A stretch of DNA of 64,000 nt, taken from assembly GCA_050010755.1 (NCBI GenBank), contig JBEKKK010000001.1, positions 640,001-704,000 on the forward strand, given 5' to 3'. This DNA is from Candidatus Bathyarchaeia archaeon. Lineage in GTDB: Archaea; Thermoproteota; Bathyarchaeia; Bathyarchaeales; Bathycorpusculaceae. Position numbers and translations under genes: made by a program. Below the pieces are notes generated by a model that ran no database searches, was not told the DNA's origin, and saw only the letters and a program-made list of their open reading frames with translations. Numbering within the stretch: the first letter of the stretch is position 1; every line of letters starts with the position of its first letter. Positions 18,447-27,009 of the stretch are shown piece after piece.

Positions 18447-19464
18447 CAATTCTTGGATTCCATGAATCTCTTTCATTTCTCAGATACATGGCAAGCAGTA
18501 GAGCCTCTTCGTTAATCAGGGTCTCGATTTCTTGCTGTTCCCCTCTTCTAACTCTTGGAAGAACTATTTTATTCTCGAAATATTGATTCAAACTTTTAAC
18601 GAAACTAAGTGTTTGAAAGTCTTTCAAATATTCTCTTTTTCCTTTTCTGTTTGCTGAGAAATCTTCTTTCTTAACGGTAAAATCTTGTTTGTGAAGGTTG
18701 CCACAGTATTCAATTATGAAATCATCCACTAAATGGCGATAGAGTTCTTGGAAGTCACAGATTAGGCTAGGCTTTCCTTTTGCTATGCTGTGCAAGAATC
18801 CCAGATAAGGTTCAAGCTTTGCTTTGATTAGTGCATACTGAACCTTCCACGATAGAATCTCATAGCCCAAATTGAAGAGGTTGTTTATTCCATCGTAAGC
18901 CTTGAATGTTTTTCTAGAATCAGGTCTGAGAGAGTAAGAGAACAAACCAAATATTTGAGCAAAATAATTTTCTGAGTAGTGGCCTTCAATGCTCATTAGT
19001 CTAGTTCTGAGTTTTGCGTTATCCTCAGCATCTAAATTCTTTATTTTTTCCACAACTGAATAATCATGTTTTCTTAATCCGTATTTGCTGAGAACTTGAT
19101 TTTGTCCTTCAAGCTTAGAGAGAACGAGTTGTTTAGCTATTTGTTTTCCTTTCTGAGCGTTCAATGCTTCATACTGAGAAATCCTAGTTTTAACGTGGCT
19201 ATCATCATCTAAAGTTCTGAGCATAGCAACAGGTTTTCCTTTCTGAGTTAGAAACAAACAGTCTATTCCCCAGAATCCGCAACAGGCTAATGCTCCAGAA
19301 GAAATTGTGTTTCCGCTTTTGATTTTGATTTCGTCTATGAGGTTTTCAAACAGTGGATACCTGTCTGTTTGTCCTTCTCTGTTTTTGACTGTGAAGCAGC
19401 CTTTTTCCATTCCCAAATAAGAGCCGAAGCCTTCCAGAGCTATCTTTACGGTTTTAGTCTTCAT
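18436..19464 (-). CDS. cas1: stand-alone Cas1 endonuclease (casposase-like)
   Basis: GFGSYLG, ISSGAL, R..QY, LMSIEG (catalytic E), NNLFNLGY, LEPYLGFLH (catalytic H), SLICDFQELYR (catalytic acidic residue); no cas2 or array nearby. Confidence 0.92.
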   Translation of the reverse strand: MKTKTVKIALEGFGSYLGMEKGCFTVKNREGQTDRYPLFENLIDEIKIKSGNTISSGALACCGFWGIDCLFLTQKGKPVAMLRTLDDDSHVKTRISQYEALNAQKGKQIAKQLVLSKLEGQNQVLSKYGLRKHDYSVVEKIKNLDAEDNAKLRTRLMSIEGHYSENYFAQIFGLFSYSLRPDSRKTFKAYDGINNLFNLGYEILSWKVQYALIKAKLEPYLGFLHSIAKGKPSLICDFQELYRHLVDDFIIEYCGNLHKQDFTVKKEDFSANRKGKREYLKDFQTLSFVKSLNQYFENKIVLPRVRRGEQQEIETLINEEALLLAMYLRNERDSWNPRIVTF

Positions 19465-19582
19465 TTCTTTCTCCTTCTACGTTAATAAGGCGAGAATGTG
19501 ACTAATATATACCAATAGAAGAATCCTCTAATCTAACTAAATCAGATTCTGTTCGATCTAAATAATTTCTCTACTAACAATT

Positions 19583-19981
19583 CTAGAACTGTGCTCCACT
19601 GTAGAAATATTCAGCGCGTGCGCTTGTGGACGAAACTACTATGTCCAGATTGTACCATTTTGGTGCAGAACTGACATTTTGTAACAAAACAATGTAATCT
19701 CCTAGAGGGATGTTGCGCAGAAATTGAGTTGAAACATTCTGATGGGTAACTCCATCCTGAGCTATGATTTCTAAGGTGTAAACTCCATGTGGATAGGAAC
19801 GCGGAAGCCATGTTGAAAAATACGTAACCATGACAGTTTCGGGAGATTCTACCTTGAGTCCTCCTTCTAAAACACTGATATGAATTTGGTGCTGTGGTAC
19901 CAGTGGTGCAACAAATATCAGTAACGCAATAATTGTGACGACTACTATTGGCATTGCCAAGCGAAGAACCTTTAATGCCAA
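19583..19981 (-). CDS. small membrane-anchored hypothetical protein
   Basis: N-terminal TM then beta-rich domain. Confidence 0.55.
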   Translation of the reverse strand: MALKVLRLAMPIVVVTIIALLIFVAPLVPQHQIHISVLEGGLKVESPETVMVTYFSTWLPRSYPHGVYTLEIIAQDGVTHQNVSTQFLRNIPLGDYIVLLQNVSSAPKWYNLDIVVSSTSARAEYFYSGAQF

Positions 19982-20183
19982 AGTTGTTTCTTCCTGAACC
20001 TATGATTAGCCGTTCTCAGAAATAAACCTAAGTGCGTTACAAGGAAATAATTTATTGTGTACGGTGATTGTCTAATCATTGATTTGAGAGACTATCTAAA
20101 GTCATATGTTGAAAAGCTTCGAGATGCGCGCAACACCGAAGCTAGAAGGAATTTTGAGAAACGATTTGACTATCTTAGTTAAG

Positions 20184-20221
20184 TCTCTCTTTGGGGTTGG
20201 GTTGGGGGTAAAGTTTTATCC
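20184..20221 (+). repeat. cassette-boundary site C / right imperfect TIR
   Basis: TCTCTCTTTGGGGTTGGGTTGGGGGTAAAGTTTTATCC. Confidence 0.85.
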
Positions 20222-20235
20222 TAAAGAAGCAACGC

Positions 20236-20381
20236 GACACACACACCACGCCACCCACAACTACAACCAGAAACACTGACACACTAACACACACTGAGAC
20301 CGATACCGATACCCACCGATACACACAGAGAGACCGGCACACACACTAACACACACTCTAACACACACTCTAACACACACT
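20236..20381. repeat. CA-rich low-complexity tract
   Basis: Repeated ACACAC, CTAACACACACT and ACCGAT units. Confidence 0.85.
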
Positions 20382-20382
20382 G

Positions 20383-20435
20383 TTTTTCCCCTATTTCCCG
20401 GAAGATCTAACCGGGAAAATAAACGGGGAAGAAAA
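20383..20435. other. imperfect inverted repeat (hairpin)
   Basis: TTTTTCCCCTATTTCCCGG-aagatctaa-CCGGGAAAATAAACGGGGAAGAAAA. Confidence 0.6.
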
Positions 20436-20560
20436 GGGAAAAAGGTTTTAGTAAAACTAATCCCTATTTGGTCCATCCATCGGGACAGGTATGGAATTTT
20501 CTTTCACAAATCCTTTATAAGGCGATAGGCTGATTCTACAGTTGGAGGAAAGGAGTTAGG

Positions 20561-22849
20561 TTGTCTAGGAAGACTTCTTCGGTTGTATTACTGTTTTTGC
20601 TTCTAATAAGCGCGTTAGTGGTGGCGTATAAGAGTCGGCCAGCAAGTGCGGGTTCTGTAACCGTGAGTGTTCCCGGGACAGCTGGTCAAAATCCTCCTCC
20701 AGATTCTTGGGCTGATTCAGGCATTTCTCTTTCTTCTGGTGACACTGTCTCTATCACTGCGACAGGTCGAGTGAGCTGGGATGGGGGTTATGATTGGGCG
20801 GGTCCAGATGGGGACCCTTCTTGGCCTTCTTCAAGTGGGTTTGAAAATCCTATCTTGCCGGGGGCACCAGTTGGAGCGCTAATAGCCAAGATAGGTGACG
20901 GGCCAATCTTTCTTGTTGGAAGTGGACCTACCCCCGCCAATGGAGAAGGAGAGCTTATCTTCGCTGTAAACGATGAGAATGGCTCCAACTACAACAATGT
21001 TGGCAACTTCACTGTCACCATAGTGATGTCCGTGCCAACCTGTGTCGTCACCTTCACCGAGTCGGGCCTACGCCTACCTGATGGAGCAAACTGGGTCGTC
21101 ACGCTCAACGGCCCTGATGTGGATGAACCATTGTCGTCAAGCACGAACAAAACAGTATTCAATGTACCCCCTAACGTCTATACTTTTTCTGTCACTCCAA
21201 TTGCAGGTTATACCATTTCGCCAGCATCGGGCAGCATAACGGTCAACGGTGCAGGAATTGTGGAGTTTGTTACATTCAGCCCCGTCGTGAGTTTGAAAGG
21301 AATTTCAAGCACGATAACAGGTGCGACAAGTCTTGTTGCGAATACCAACTTCACGTTTCAACAGAATTTCTATTTGTACACGGGCAACAAGGATGCACAA
21401 AACCCGGAAGTGTATTGGTGTCAGAATTGTATGGAAATGAATTTGACGGCCGGCAAGGGGATTTATTCTCGTGCGAGCATGTTTATTTGGTCATGCTATT
21501 GGGAGGGGAACGATATTTATGTCGACAAGAGCAATCCGTTCGACGAATGTCCGAACTATTGGGTAAATATTCCAGGTGACAGCATGGTTTTCAAGTCTTA
21601 TATTGGCACTGACAATAAGCTGCACATGGAAAATGACATAGCTTGGTTTTCGTGGGTATCCAATAAGCTGGTGTTAACCAGTAGCGCCTATATAGCCTGC
21701 GAGTTTATCAGTACCACTTGGAATATTGTCGCTCCCAATTTTGTTATTGTTGGGCCTGCTGGCGGAGGACAAGCTGATTTCAGTAGTGGGTCGGGCACTG
21801 TTACCTGCGAAACAACAACAAATATTGGGGGCACATGGCAGACGGCATTGAACCTCGCTATTGTTGGGTTCCACCAATCAACAGGAGAAAGTTCGACAGG
21901 ATTAATGTTTTTCACAGCTCAAGGACAACCTGCTGGAGGTTTTGGGTATCAATCCGGGGCACAGGATCAAGGGATCTTTTTTGGAATTGACCCTGATGGC
22001 CACTCAACCCAAGCACCTATGGTCAGCAGTTTAGGTAATCCTCCAAAGACCCTTGTTGTCACTGCTCAGTGCCCAGTGTATCTTGACTTGTTTGACGAAC
22101 TCGGAAATTGCGTGGGCTATAATGCGACTTCAGGAACTGTTGATATCCAGATCGACAACGGTGTTTGGATTTCGAACCAGACTTTGCTGGTTTTTGATCC
22201 TTCCGGCACTTATCATCTTGATGTGACTGGTTCGGGTAATGGCACCTATGAGCAGGAAGTATTTTGGCAGGGTACTACTGGACCAACCATTACTGTGCTA
22301 GACTTCAACAGTACCATAACAGAAAACGAAACGCAGGCCTATGTCGTTGGAGCCGAGGCGAATGTGGCCCCGATAAACATTGTGTCTTCCAAAACTGTCG
22401 TGGGCCAAGGCTTTGGTATGCAAGTGAATGCGACAGTTGCAGATTTAGGAGGACCCAACGCGACTTCCGACGTCTCATTGTATGCTAACGGAACCCTAAT
22501 AGGAACCCAGAGTGTCCTTAACGTGTCTGGATGGAACTCGACAACTGCCTGCTTCACATGGAACACCACTGGCATCGCCTATGGAAACTACACTCTCTGG
22601 GCTACTACTGCAAACAACAATAATTGCACAGGCGGCATGGTGACAGTCTCAATTCCGGGCGACATCACGGGTTCGAAGGGTGTGTCCGATGGCAAGGTTG
22701 ACATGCGAGACATAGCAGTAATTGCTAGGTGTTTTGGCTCTAATCCCGGCGACATCAACTGGAACCCCAACGCGGACATCAACGGCGATGGCACGGTCAA
22801 CATGAGAGACATCGCATTAGTGGCCAGACAATTCGGAAACCACGTATAG
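20561..22849 (+). CDS. multidomain surface protein with C-terminal type I dockerin
   Basis: Signal peptide; LecA/PA-IL-like N-domain (GAPVGALIAKIG...NNVGNFTVTI); Ig/CARDB-like repeats; GDITG..DGKVDMRDIAVIARCFG / ADINGDGTVNMRDIALVARQFG dockerin. Confidence 0.85.
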   Translation: MSRKTSSVVLLFLLLISALVVAYKSRPASAGSVTVSVPGTAGQNPPPDSWADSGISLSSGDTVSITATGRVSWDGGYDWAGPDGDPSWPSSSGFENPILPGAPVGALIAKIGDGPIFLVGSGPTPANGEGELIFAVNDENGSNYNNVGNFTVTIVMSVPTCVVTFTESGLRLPDGANWVVTLNGPDVDEPLSSSTNKTVFNVPPNVYTFSVTPIAGYTISPASGSITVNGAGIVEFVTFSPVVSLKGISSTITGATSLVANTNFTFQQNFYLYTGNKDAQNPEVYWCQNCMEMNLTAGKGIYSRASMFIWSCYWEGNDIYVDKSNPFDECPNYWVNIPGDSMVFKSYIGTDNKLHMENDIAWFSWVSNKLVLTSSAYIACEFISTTWNIVAPNFVIVGPAGGGQADFSSGSGTVTCETTTNIGGTWQTALNLAIVGFHQSTGESSTGLMFFTAQGQPAGGFGYQSGAQDQGIFFGIDPDGHSTQAPMVSSLGNPPKTLVVTAQCPVYLDLFDELGNCVGYNATSGTVDIQIDNGVWISNQTLLVFDPSGTYHLDVTGSGNGTYEQEVFWQGTTGPTITVLDFNSTITENETQAYVVGAEANVAPINIVSSKTVVGQGFGMQVNATVADLGGPNATSDVSLYANGTLIGTQSVLNVSGWNSTTACFTWNTTGIAYGNYTLWATTANNNNCTGGMVTVSIPGDITGSKGVSDGKVDMRDIAVIARCFGSNPGDINWNPNADINGDGTVNMRDIALVARQFGNHV

Positions 22850-22969
22850 CGCACAGCGCATACAAGTGAATTTGTCGCGTGGCGAGTTGAAAACAAACTC
22901 CACTTTTGGGGCAAAATAGATTAACTCTGGGGAAAATACAAGCGATCTAACTGCCGGAAAAATAATGGA

Positions 22970-23129
22970 TCAAGATCTTCTCCATTGTTTTGTCTTCTTT
23001 CCGAAGTGTCCGCCCTCCTCAATGTGGTAGTATCCGAGTTGGTTCCTGCCACGTCTCTTCTTGGCCTTGATCTCCGGAGCGTCTGGGAACTCTAGATGGA
23101 CGTTGGCTTGCGTGCCTATCAGCTCTTCA
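22970..23129 (-). pseudogene. 3' fragment of a gene truncated at boundary site D
   Basis: Coding-like EELIGTQANVHLEFPDAPEIKAKKRRGRNQLGYYHIEEGGHFGKK...* begins exactly at the motif; upstream is low-complexity. Confidence 0.5.
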
Positions 23130-23158
23130 GGGGTAAAGTTTTGTCTTCTTCTCTCTCT
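23130..23158 (+). repeat. cassette-boundary site D
   Basis: GGGGTAAAGTTTTGTCTTCTTCTCTCTCT (degenerate right arm). Confidence 0.7.
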
Positions 23159-23235
23159 AAAAAAACCAAATAAAAGAACACACGCGCACGCGTGAATAAT
23201 TTCTTTCAATCAGTCACTATCTCTCTGTGTCTGTC

Positions 23236-24159
23236 TCAGCCACTTAGAGCCTGCATTTCTCTGATTTTGTGAATCATGCTAAGTATCTCTGTGCAATACT
23301 TGTTGACGAAAGGTTTCAAAACCCCGATTCTATTCATATCTTTTTCAAAAGGTGAGAAAACATGTGCACATGCGTCTCCGTGTTGTCTTATTTCTCCCAA
23401 GAATCTAAGGAAGTCTTCCTTGTCTCTGTAGAAAGATTCATTATATCTTCTAAACTCATCGAATTTTGTTCTCATGTTAGGAATTAAACGGTTCAGACTG
23501 TGATGCCTGTTATCTTTGACTGAATAATAGAGGTCTATTTCTTCTTCTCCAAATTTCTGTTGAAGCAAGTCAACTATTAGATTTTCAAATATTTTTCTTA
23601 ATAATACCAATGTTGCATTTGGAAGCTTATAGTAATAAGCGCGATTCGTCTCCATTGCTAAATCAGAATAGAAACCCTCTTCAAACTTGGTCACAACTAA
23701 CAAATCAGAGCTAATCAGGATTTCTCCTTTCTCATTTTTCGGTTCAACATCCATTGTCCCCCGCTCAATCTCATCAAATATGTTTTCTGTTTCTTTGCCA
23801 AAAATATCTTCCATATCTGTGTCTCTAATGGTTTTGTTTAGAAACAAGTGTATTGGCATTCCCTCAGAAATCGCATATCCGTTAACTAACTCTCTTGGAA
23901 GAATAAGAGTGCGCGTTTCACAAGTTTTTCCATTGTCTAGGTAAGATTGCTTCACATCTAGTTCAAAAGTATAATCCTTAGAGATAACACGTTTTATTTG
24001 CCCGTTCCTATCCAGTAGCTCTGCAACTGTGCCAGTTATATCTGGTCTGTTACCAACGTAAAGTTGAAAGCGTCTCCAAATATTATCATCATCAAGGTCA
24101 ATCCCGAATAGAGGTCTATCTGATAAAAGCTTGATTATCTTGACAGTTTCATATGGCAT
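23236..24159 (-). CDS. protein with C-terminal DUF4145/HEPN-like domain
   Basis: NATLVLLRKIFENL and IRQHGDACAH resemble the DUF4145 R..GN.AAH motif. Confidence 0.6.
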   Translation of the reverse strand: MPYETVKIIKLLSDRPLFGIDLDDDNIWRRFQLYVGNRPDITGTVAELLDRNGQIKRVISKDYTFELDVKQSYLDNGKTCETRTLILPRELVNGYAISEGMPIHLFLNKTIRDTDMEDIFGKETENIFDEIERGTMDVEPKNEKGEILISSDLLVVTKFEEGFYSDLAMETNRAYYYKLPNATLVLLRKIFENLIVDLLQQKFGEEEIDLYYSVKDNRHHSLNRLIPNMRTKFDEFRRYNESFYRDKEDFLRFLGEIRQHGDACAHVFSPFEKDMNRIGVLKPFVNKYCTEILSMIHKIREMQALSG

Positions 24160-24502
24160 TCTCTAACCCGAAAACAATCAGGGATTTTTTGCTTATTTGA
24201 TTTGTCCATGCATGCCTTCTTTGGGCATTAGTCGAAAGCGCGCGCTTGTCTAGTGCGTTCTTATGACCTATGTCATGATGGTAGAAAACCCAAATTCAGA
24301 TGGAAAATTTTATAGGAAAAGCACCTGTAAAATGGCCATGTAGGCGCCGCGCGCGAGATACCGAAACTCGGAAACGCGCGGCGCCAGTAAGGTTTTTTTG
24401 TTATTATTGATTTCAAAAACTCGCCAATCATTATCAGATTACACGCCAATGCGATTAAATCGAATATGCCCATTCAAAGGAAGCTGAAGCCGATTCTGAT
24501 AT

Positions 24503-24826
24503 TTAAGGTTTCCTTATAAAGCGACCCGTCTTGAGGTCTCTGTAACGGTCTTGAGAGCTACCTTTCACAGTGACAACTTCTTGTCTCCATGTTACAGCAA
24601 CCCTGCTTTCACGAGGGGCTGTAGTTCTCCTTTCAACAAAAACGGGAATTCCAAGTTTTCTAGCTTCAACTCTCAACGCTTCATTCTGTCCGTACGTGTC
24701 AAGCCATTTTCGACCAGCCCATGAAGAGAAAGCCAACTTCAAGTGGGGCAAATTTCTGATTCTGTCAACATCAACGACCCGCTCGAACCGTTCAAAACAC
24801 TCTGGAAACTTATCCACGGTTACCAC
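24503..24826 (-). CDS. small basic protein, mobile-element-like
   Basis: AGGAG RBS-like sequence immediately upstream of the GTG start; C-terminal YRDLKTGRFIRKP. Confidence 0.65.
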   Translation of the reverse strand: MVTVDKFPECFERFERVVDVDRIRNLPHLKLAFSSWAGRKWLDTYGQNEALRVEARKLGIPVFVERRTTAPRESRVAVTWRQEVVTVKGSSQDRYRDLKTGRFIRKP

Positions 24827-24943
24827 CTCCTAAAAGTATATTGTGCCCTCTTCTTTCCAGACCGATGAAACGAGCGGAGATGTCTCTCGCTAGAGCGCAT
24901 TCAAACGAAAAGCAGATATTCCAAAAAATGCAAACGGTTCAAC

Positions 24944-26041
24944 ATGAAAAGTCAAGTTGAACTTGATGGCATAGTTTATGGAAGGCTCGTTGATGACCTT
25001 AGTAAACTTGAATCTGCCCCTCTTCTTAGGATTACGTTGGTTGAGGCAGTCAAACTTGGCGAACTTATTGGCTTTATCAGAGAATTTGTCCCAGAAGCAT
25101 TCTTCATGTTCGTTGTTCATCGTGTATTCAAGAAAAGCTTCAAACCAGTCCCAGAAGCCCCAATAGCGTCTTGGGAAGACAGAATGCAAAAAGGTTTTCG
25201 AGAGCAGGGTAGTGTAACTGGTGAGTATGACACAGGGTGGGAGCTTATTAATCCCGCCGTTTTTGAGGGACTACCCTTTGGAACCAATCCGAAGGACCTG
25301 CTTGCCTCCTTGAAAGAGAAGCATCAATTCCTGCTACAAACACTCAAAAAAATGCGAAAAGGAACATTCCCGCAACTTTGCTGCATAATTTTGTCGCCAC
25401 ATTGGGAAAAAATGGAAAAAATCGCAGTGAAAGACGCAAAATCAAAGAAGTCGTGTTGGATTCCCGCAAAGAAGTTTATTGCGGAATTTCGTACCGAATC
25501 CAATTCTCAGGGTATTGAGGTTCTGACCTTTCAAGGATTCTGCAATAAGTATCAGAAAGAAATACTAGACAAAGATTTCAGATATGAATGGTCAGAGTAT
25601 CAACGGAAGTTATATTTGGATTTCATGAAACACTTTCCTATGATGGCGTATTCTCTCTGCCATGATGACTACCTCGCATACAAAGACTACCAGAATAAAG
25701 CCGAAGTTGACCTAAATGACGGAAAATATCCGGAAGCAATAGCTATGGATTGCAAAGCACTTGAACACGTTTTGCGGGTTTACTCTTTCATGAAAACCAT
25801 GGAAGAAGCGCCTGAAAAAGAACTTGGCTGGTTTTATCAATCCCTCAAAGCGGATATCATGAAGGAATTCGGCGAGATATATTGCAAGGACTTAGAGCTC
25901 ATTCTATCTTATAGACCTCATGCGGTTCACGCAAAAATCATAAAACAAGAACCGACAGAAATTCACGCACAGGAAGTCCATGACCGAGTTAATCTATTTT
26001 GCAAGACCTTCTTTCACAGAAAATGGAATCTAAGGATTTAG
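24944..26041 (+). CDS. protein with C-terminal HEPN domain
   Basis: EAIAMDCKALEHVL helix and YRPHAVH (R-x4-H) motif. Confidence 0.65.
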   Translation: MKSQVELDGIVYGRLVDDLSKLESAPLLRITLVEAVKLGELIGFIREFVPEAFFMFVVHRVFKKSFKPVPEAPIASWEDRMQKGFREQGSVTGEYDTGWELINPAVFEGLPFGTNPKDLLASLKEKHQFLLQTLKKMRKGTFPQLCCIILSPHWEKMEKIAVKDAKSKKSCWIPAKKFIAEFRTESNSQGIEVLTFQGFCNKYQKEILDKDFRYEWSEYQRKLYLDFMKHFPMMAYSLCHDDYLAYKDYQNKAEVDLNDGKYPEAIAMDCKALEHVLRVYSFMKTMEEAPEKELGWFYQSLKADIMKEFGEIYCKDLELILSYRPHAVHAKIIKQEPTEIHAQEVHDRVNLFCKTFFHRKWNLRI

Positions 26042-26120
26042 TGCGCGCGCTCCATCTGCACTTGTTTTGTCTGTTTTGTTTGCGTCGAGGTGTAGAAAGC
26101 AAGAGAGGTATTAACAGTAT

Positions 26121-26157
26121 AAGAGAGAGAGAAAAAGGGTAAAGTTTTATCCAAACC
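26121..26157 (+). repeat. cassette-boundary site E
   Basis: AAGAGAGAGAGAAAAAGGGTAAAGTTTTATCCAAACC. Confidence 0.85.
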
Positions 26158-26238
26158 GTGCGCTATGTCTTCCTAAACCAAAAAAAGAAATATAACGCGC
26201 AAACTGCGATGCGTTGGCCAAGTGTTGGCGGTGATGTT

Positions 26239-27009
26239 TTGGCTGATTCTTCCGTATACTCGGTGAAGGAGCCGGTCATCGAAACTTCGAACCTTGTCAA
26301 AGTCTACAAGGAAGGAGCAATTAGAGCTGTAGATGGAGTCAACCTGGAAATAGGGAGAGGGGAAATCTACGCCTTGATCGGCGCGAACGGTTCGGGCAAA
26401 ACCACAATCATCAGCATGCTTACCGGGAGCCTCTTTCCCACATCAGGCGAGATCCGTGTCCTCGGCTTGCAGGTTCCGAAAAAACGCAGAGTCGTCGCCG
26501 CTGCGATCGGTGTGGCTCCGCAGGAATATGCCTTGTACAGCGATTTGACGGTGGAGCAGAACATTTGGTTCTTCGCCAAGCTCTACAACATGGACCGCAG
26601 TTTCTTCCTAAAGAGACTCGACGAACTTTTGCCCATTTTGAGATTGGATGAGCGAAGAAAAACCGCTGTCTACAACCTCTCTGGAGGAATGAAGCGCAGA
26701 GTCAGCATAGCCTGCGCACTCGTACATCAGCCCAGAATCGTGTTCTTCGACGAAGCAACAGTCGGCATTGACCCTGTACTCCGTGCCTTCTTCTGGGACT
26801 ACTTCCGATCGCTGGCCGAAGCCGGATTGACGATTGTTTTGACATCGCACGTTATGGACGAGGCCGAGAGGGCGAACAGGATCGGGCTAATGCGAGCCGG
26901 AAAACTCATCGAGTATGGCACGCCTGAAGAAATCAAGCAGAGACACTCGGCTTCTTCAATCGAGCAGGTTTTCCTCAAACTCAGTGAAGGAGCGGTGGCA
27001 GATGAGTAA
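26239..27009 (+). CDS. ABC-2 type exporter ATP-binding protein
   Basis: GANGSGKT, LSGGMKRR, FFDEAT, SH switch; start chosen at TTG after GGTGA. Confidence 0.93.
   Translation: MADSSVYSVKEPVIETSNLVKVYKEGAIRAVDGVNLEIGRGEIYALIGANGSGKTTIISMLTGSLFPTSGEIRVLGLQVPKKRRVVAAAIGVAPQEYALYSDLTVEQNIWFFAKLYNMDRSFFLKRLDELLPILRLDERRKTAVYNLSGGMKRRVSIACALVHQPRIVFFDEATVGIDPVLRAFFWDYFRSLAEAGLTIVLTSHVMDEAERANRIGLMRAGKLIEYGTPEEIKQRHSASSIEQVFLKLSEGAVADE

Larger units (their letters stand above)
14127..20221. mobile_element. putative Cas1-solo (casposon-like) element without PolB
   Basis: Imperfect ~40-bp inverted ends; AT-rich core; cas1 + MCM-like ATPase + AEP-like + HTH genes; no TSD found; exact left limit uncertain (alternative ~15684). 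Confidence 0.6.
23130..26152. mobile_element. AT-rich cassette between sites D and E carrying two HEPN-like genes
   Basis: Ends form an imperfect inverted pair with inward CT tracts; AT-rich; no mobility gene. Confidence 0.5.

Noticed and set aside
14127-20221. Canonical casposon
   Set aside because: No family B polymerase in the window and no target-site duplication found outside the inverted ends
20261-20476. 71-aa ORF with VCVRVC repeats
   Set aside because: Artefact of translating the CA-rich tract
18436-20500. CRISPR array or leader next to cas1
   Set aside because: No regularly spaced 25-40 bp repeats with unique spacers; the nearby repeats are low-complexity CA tracts
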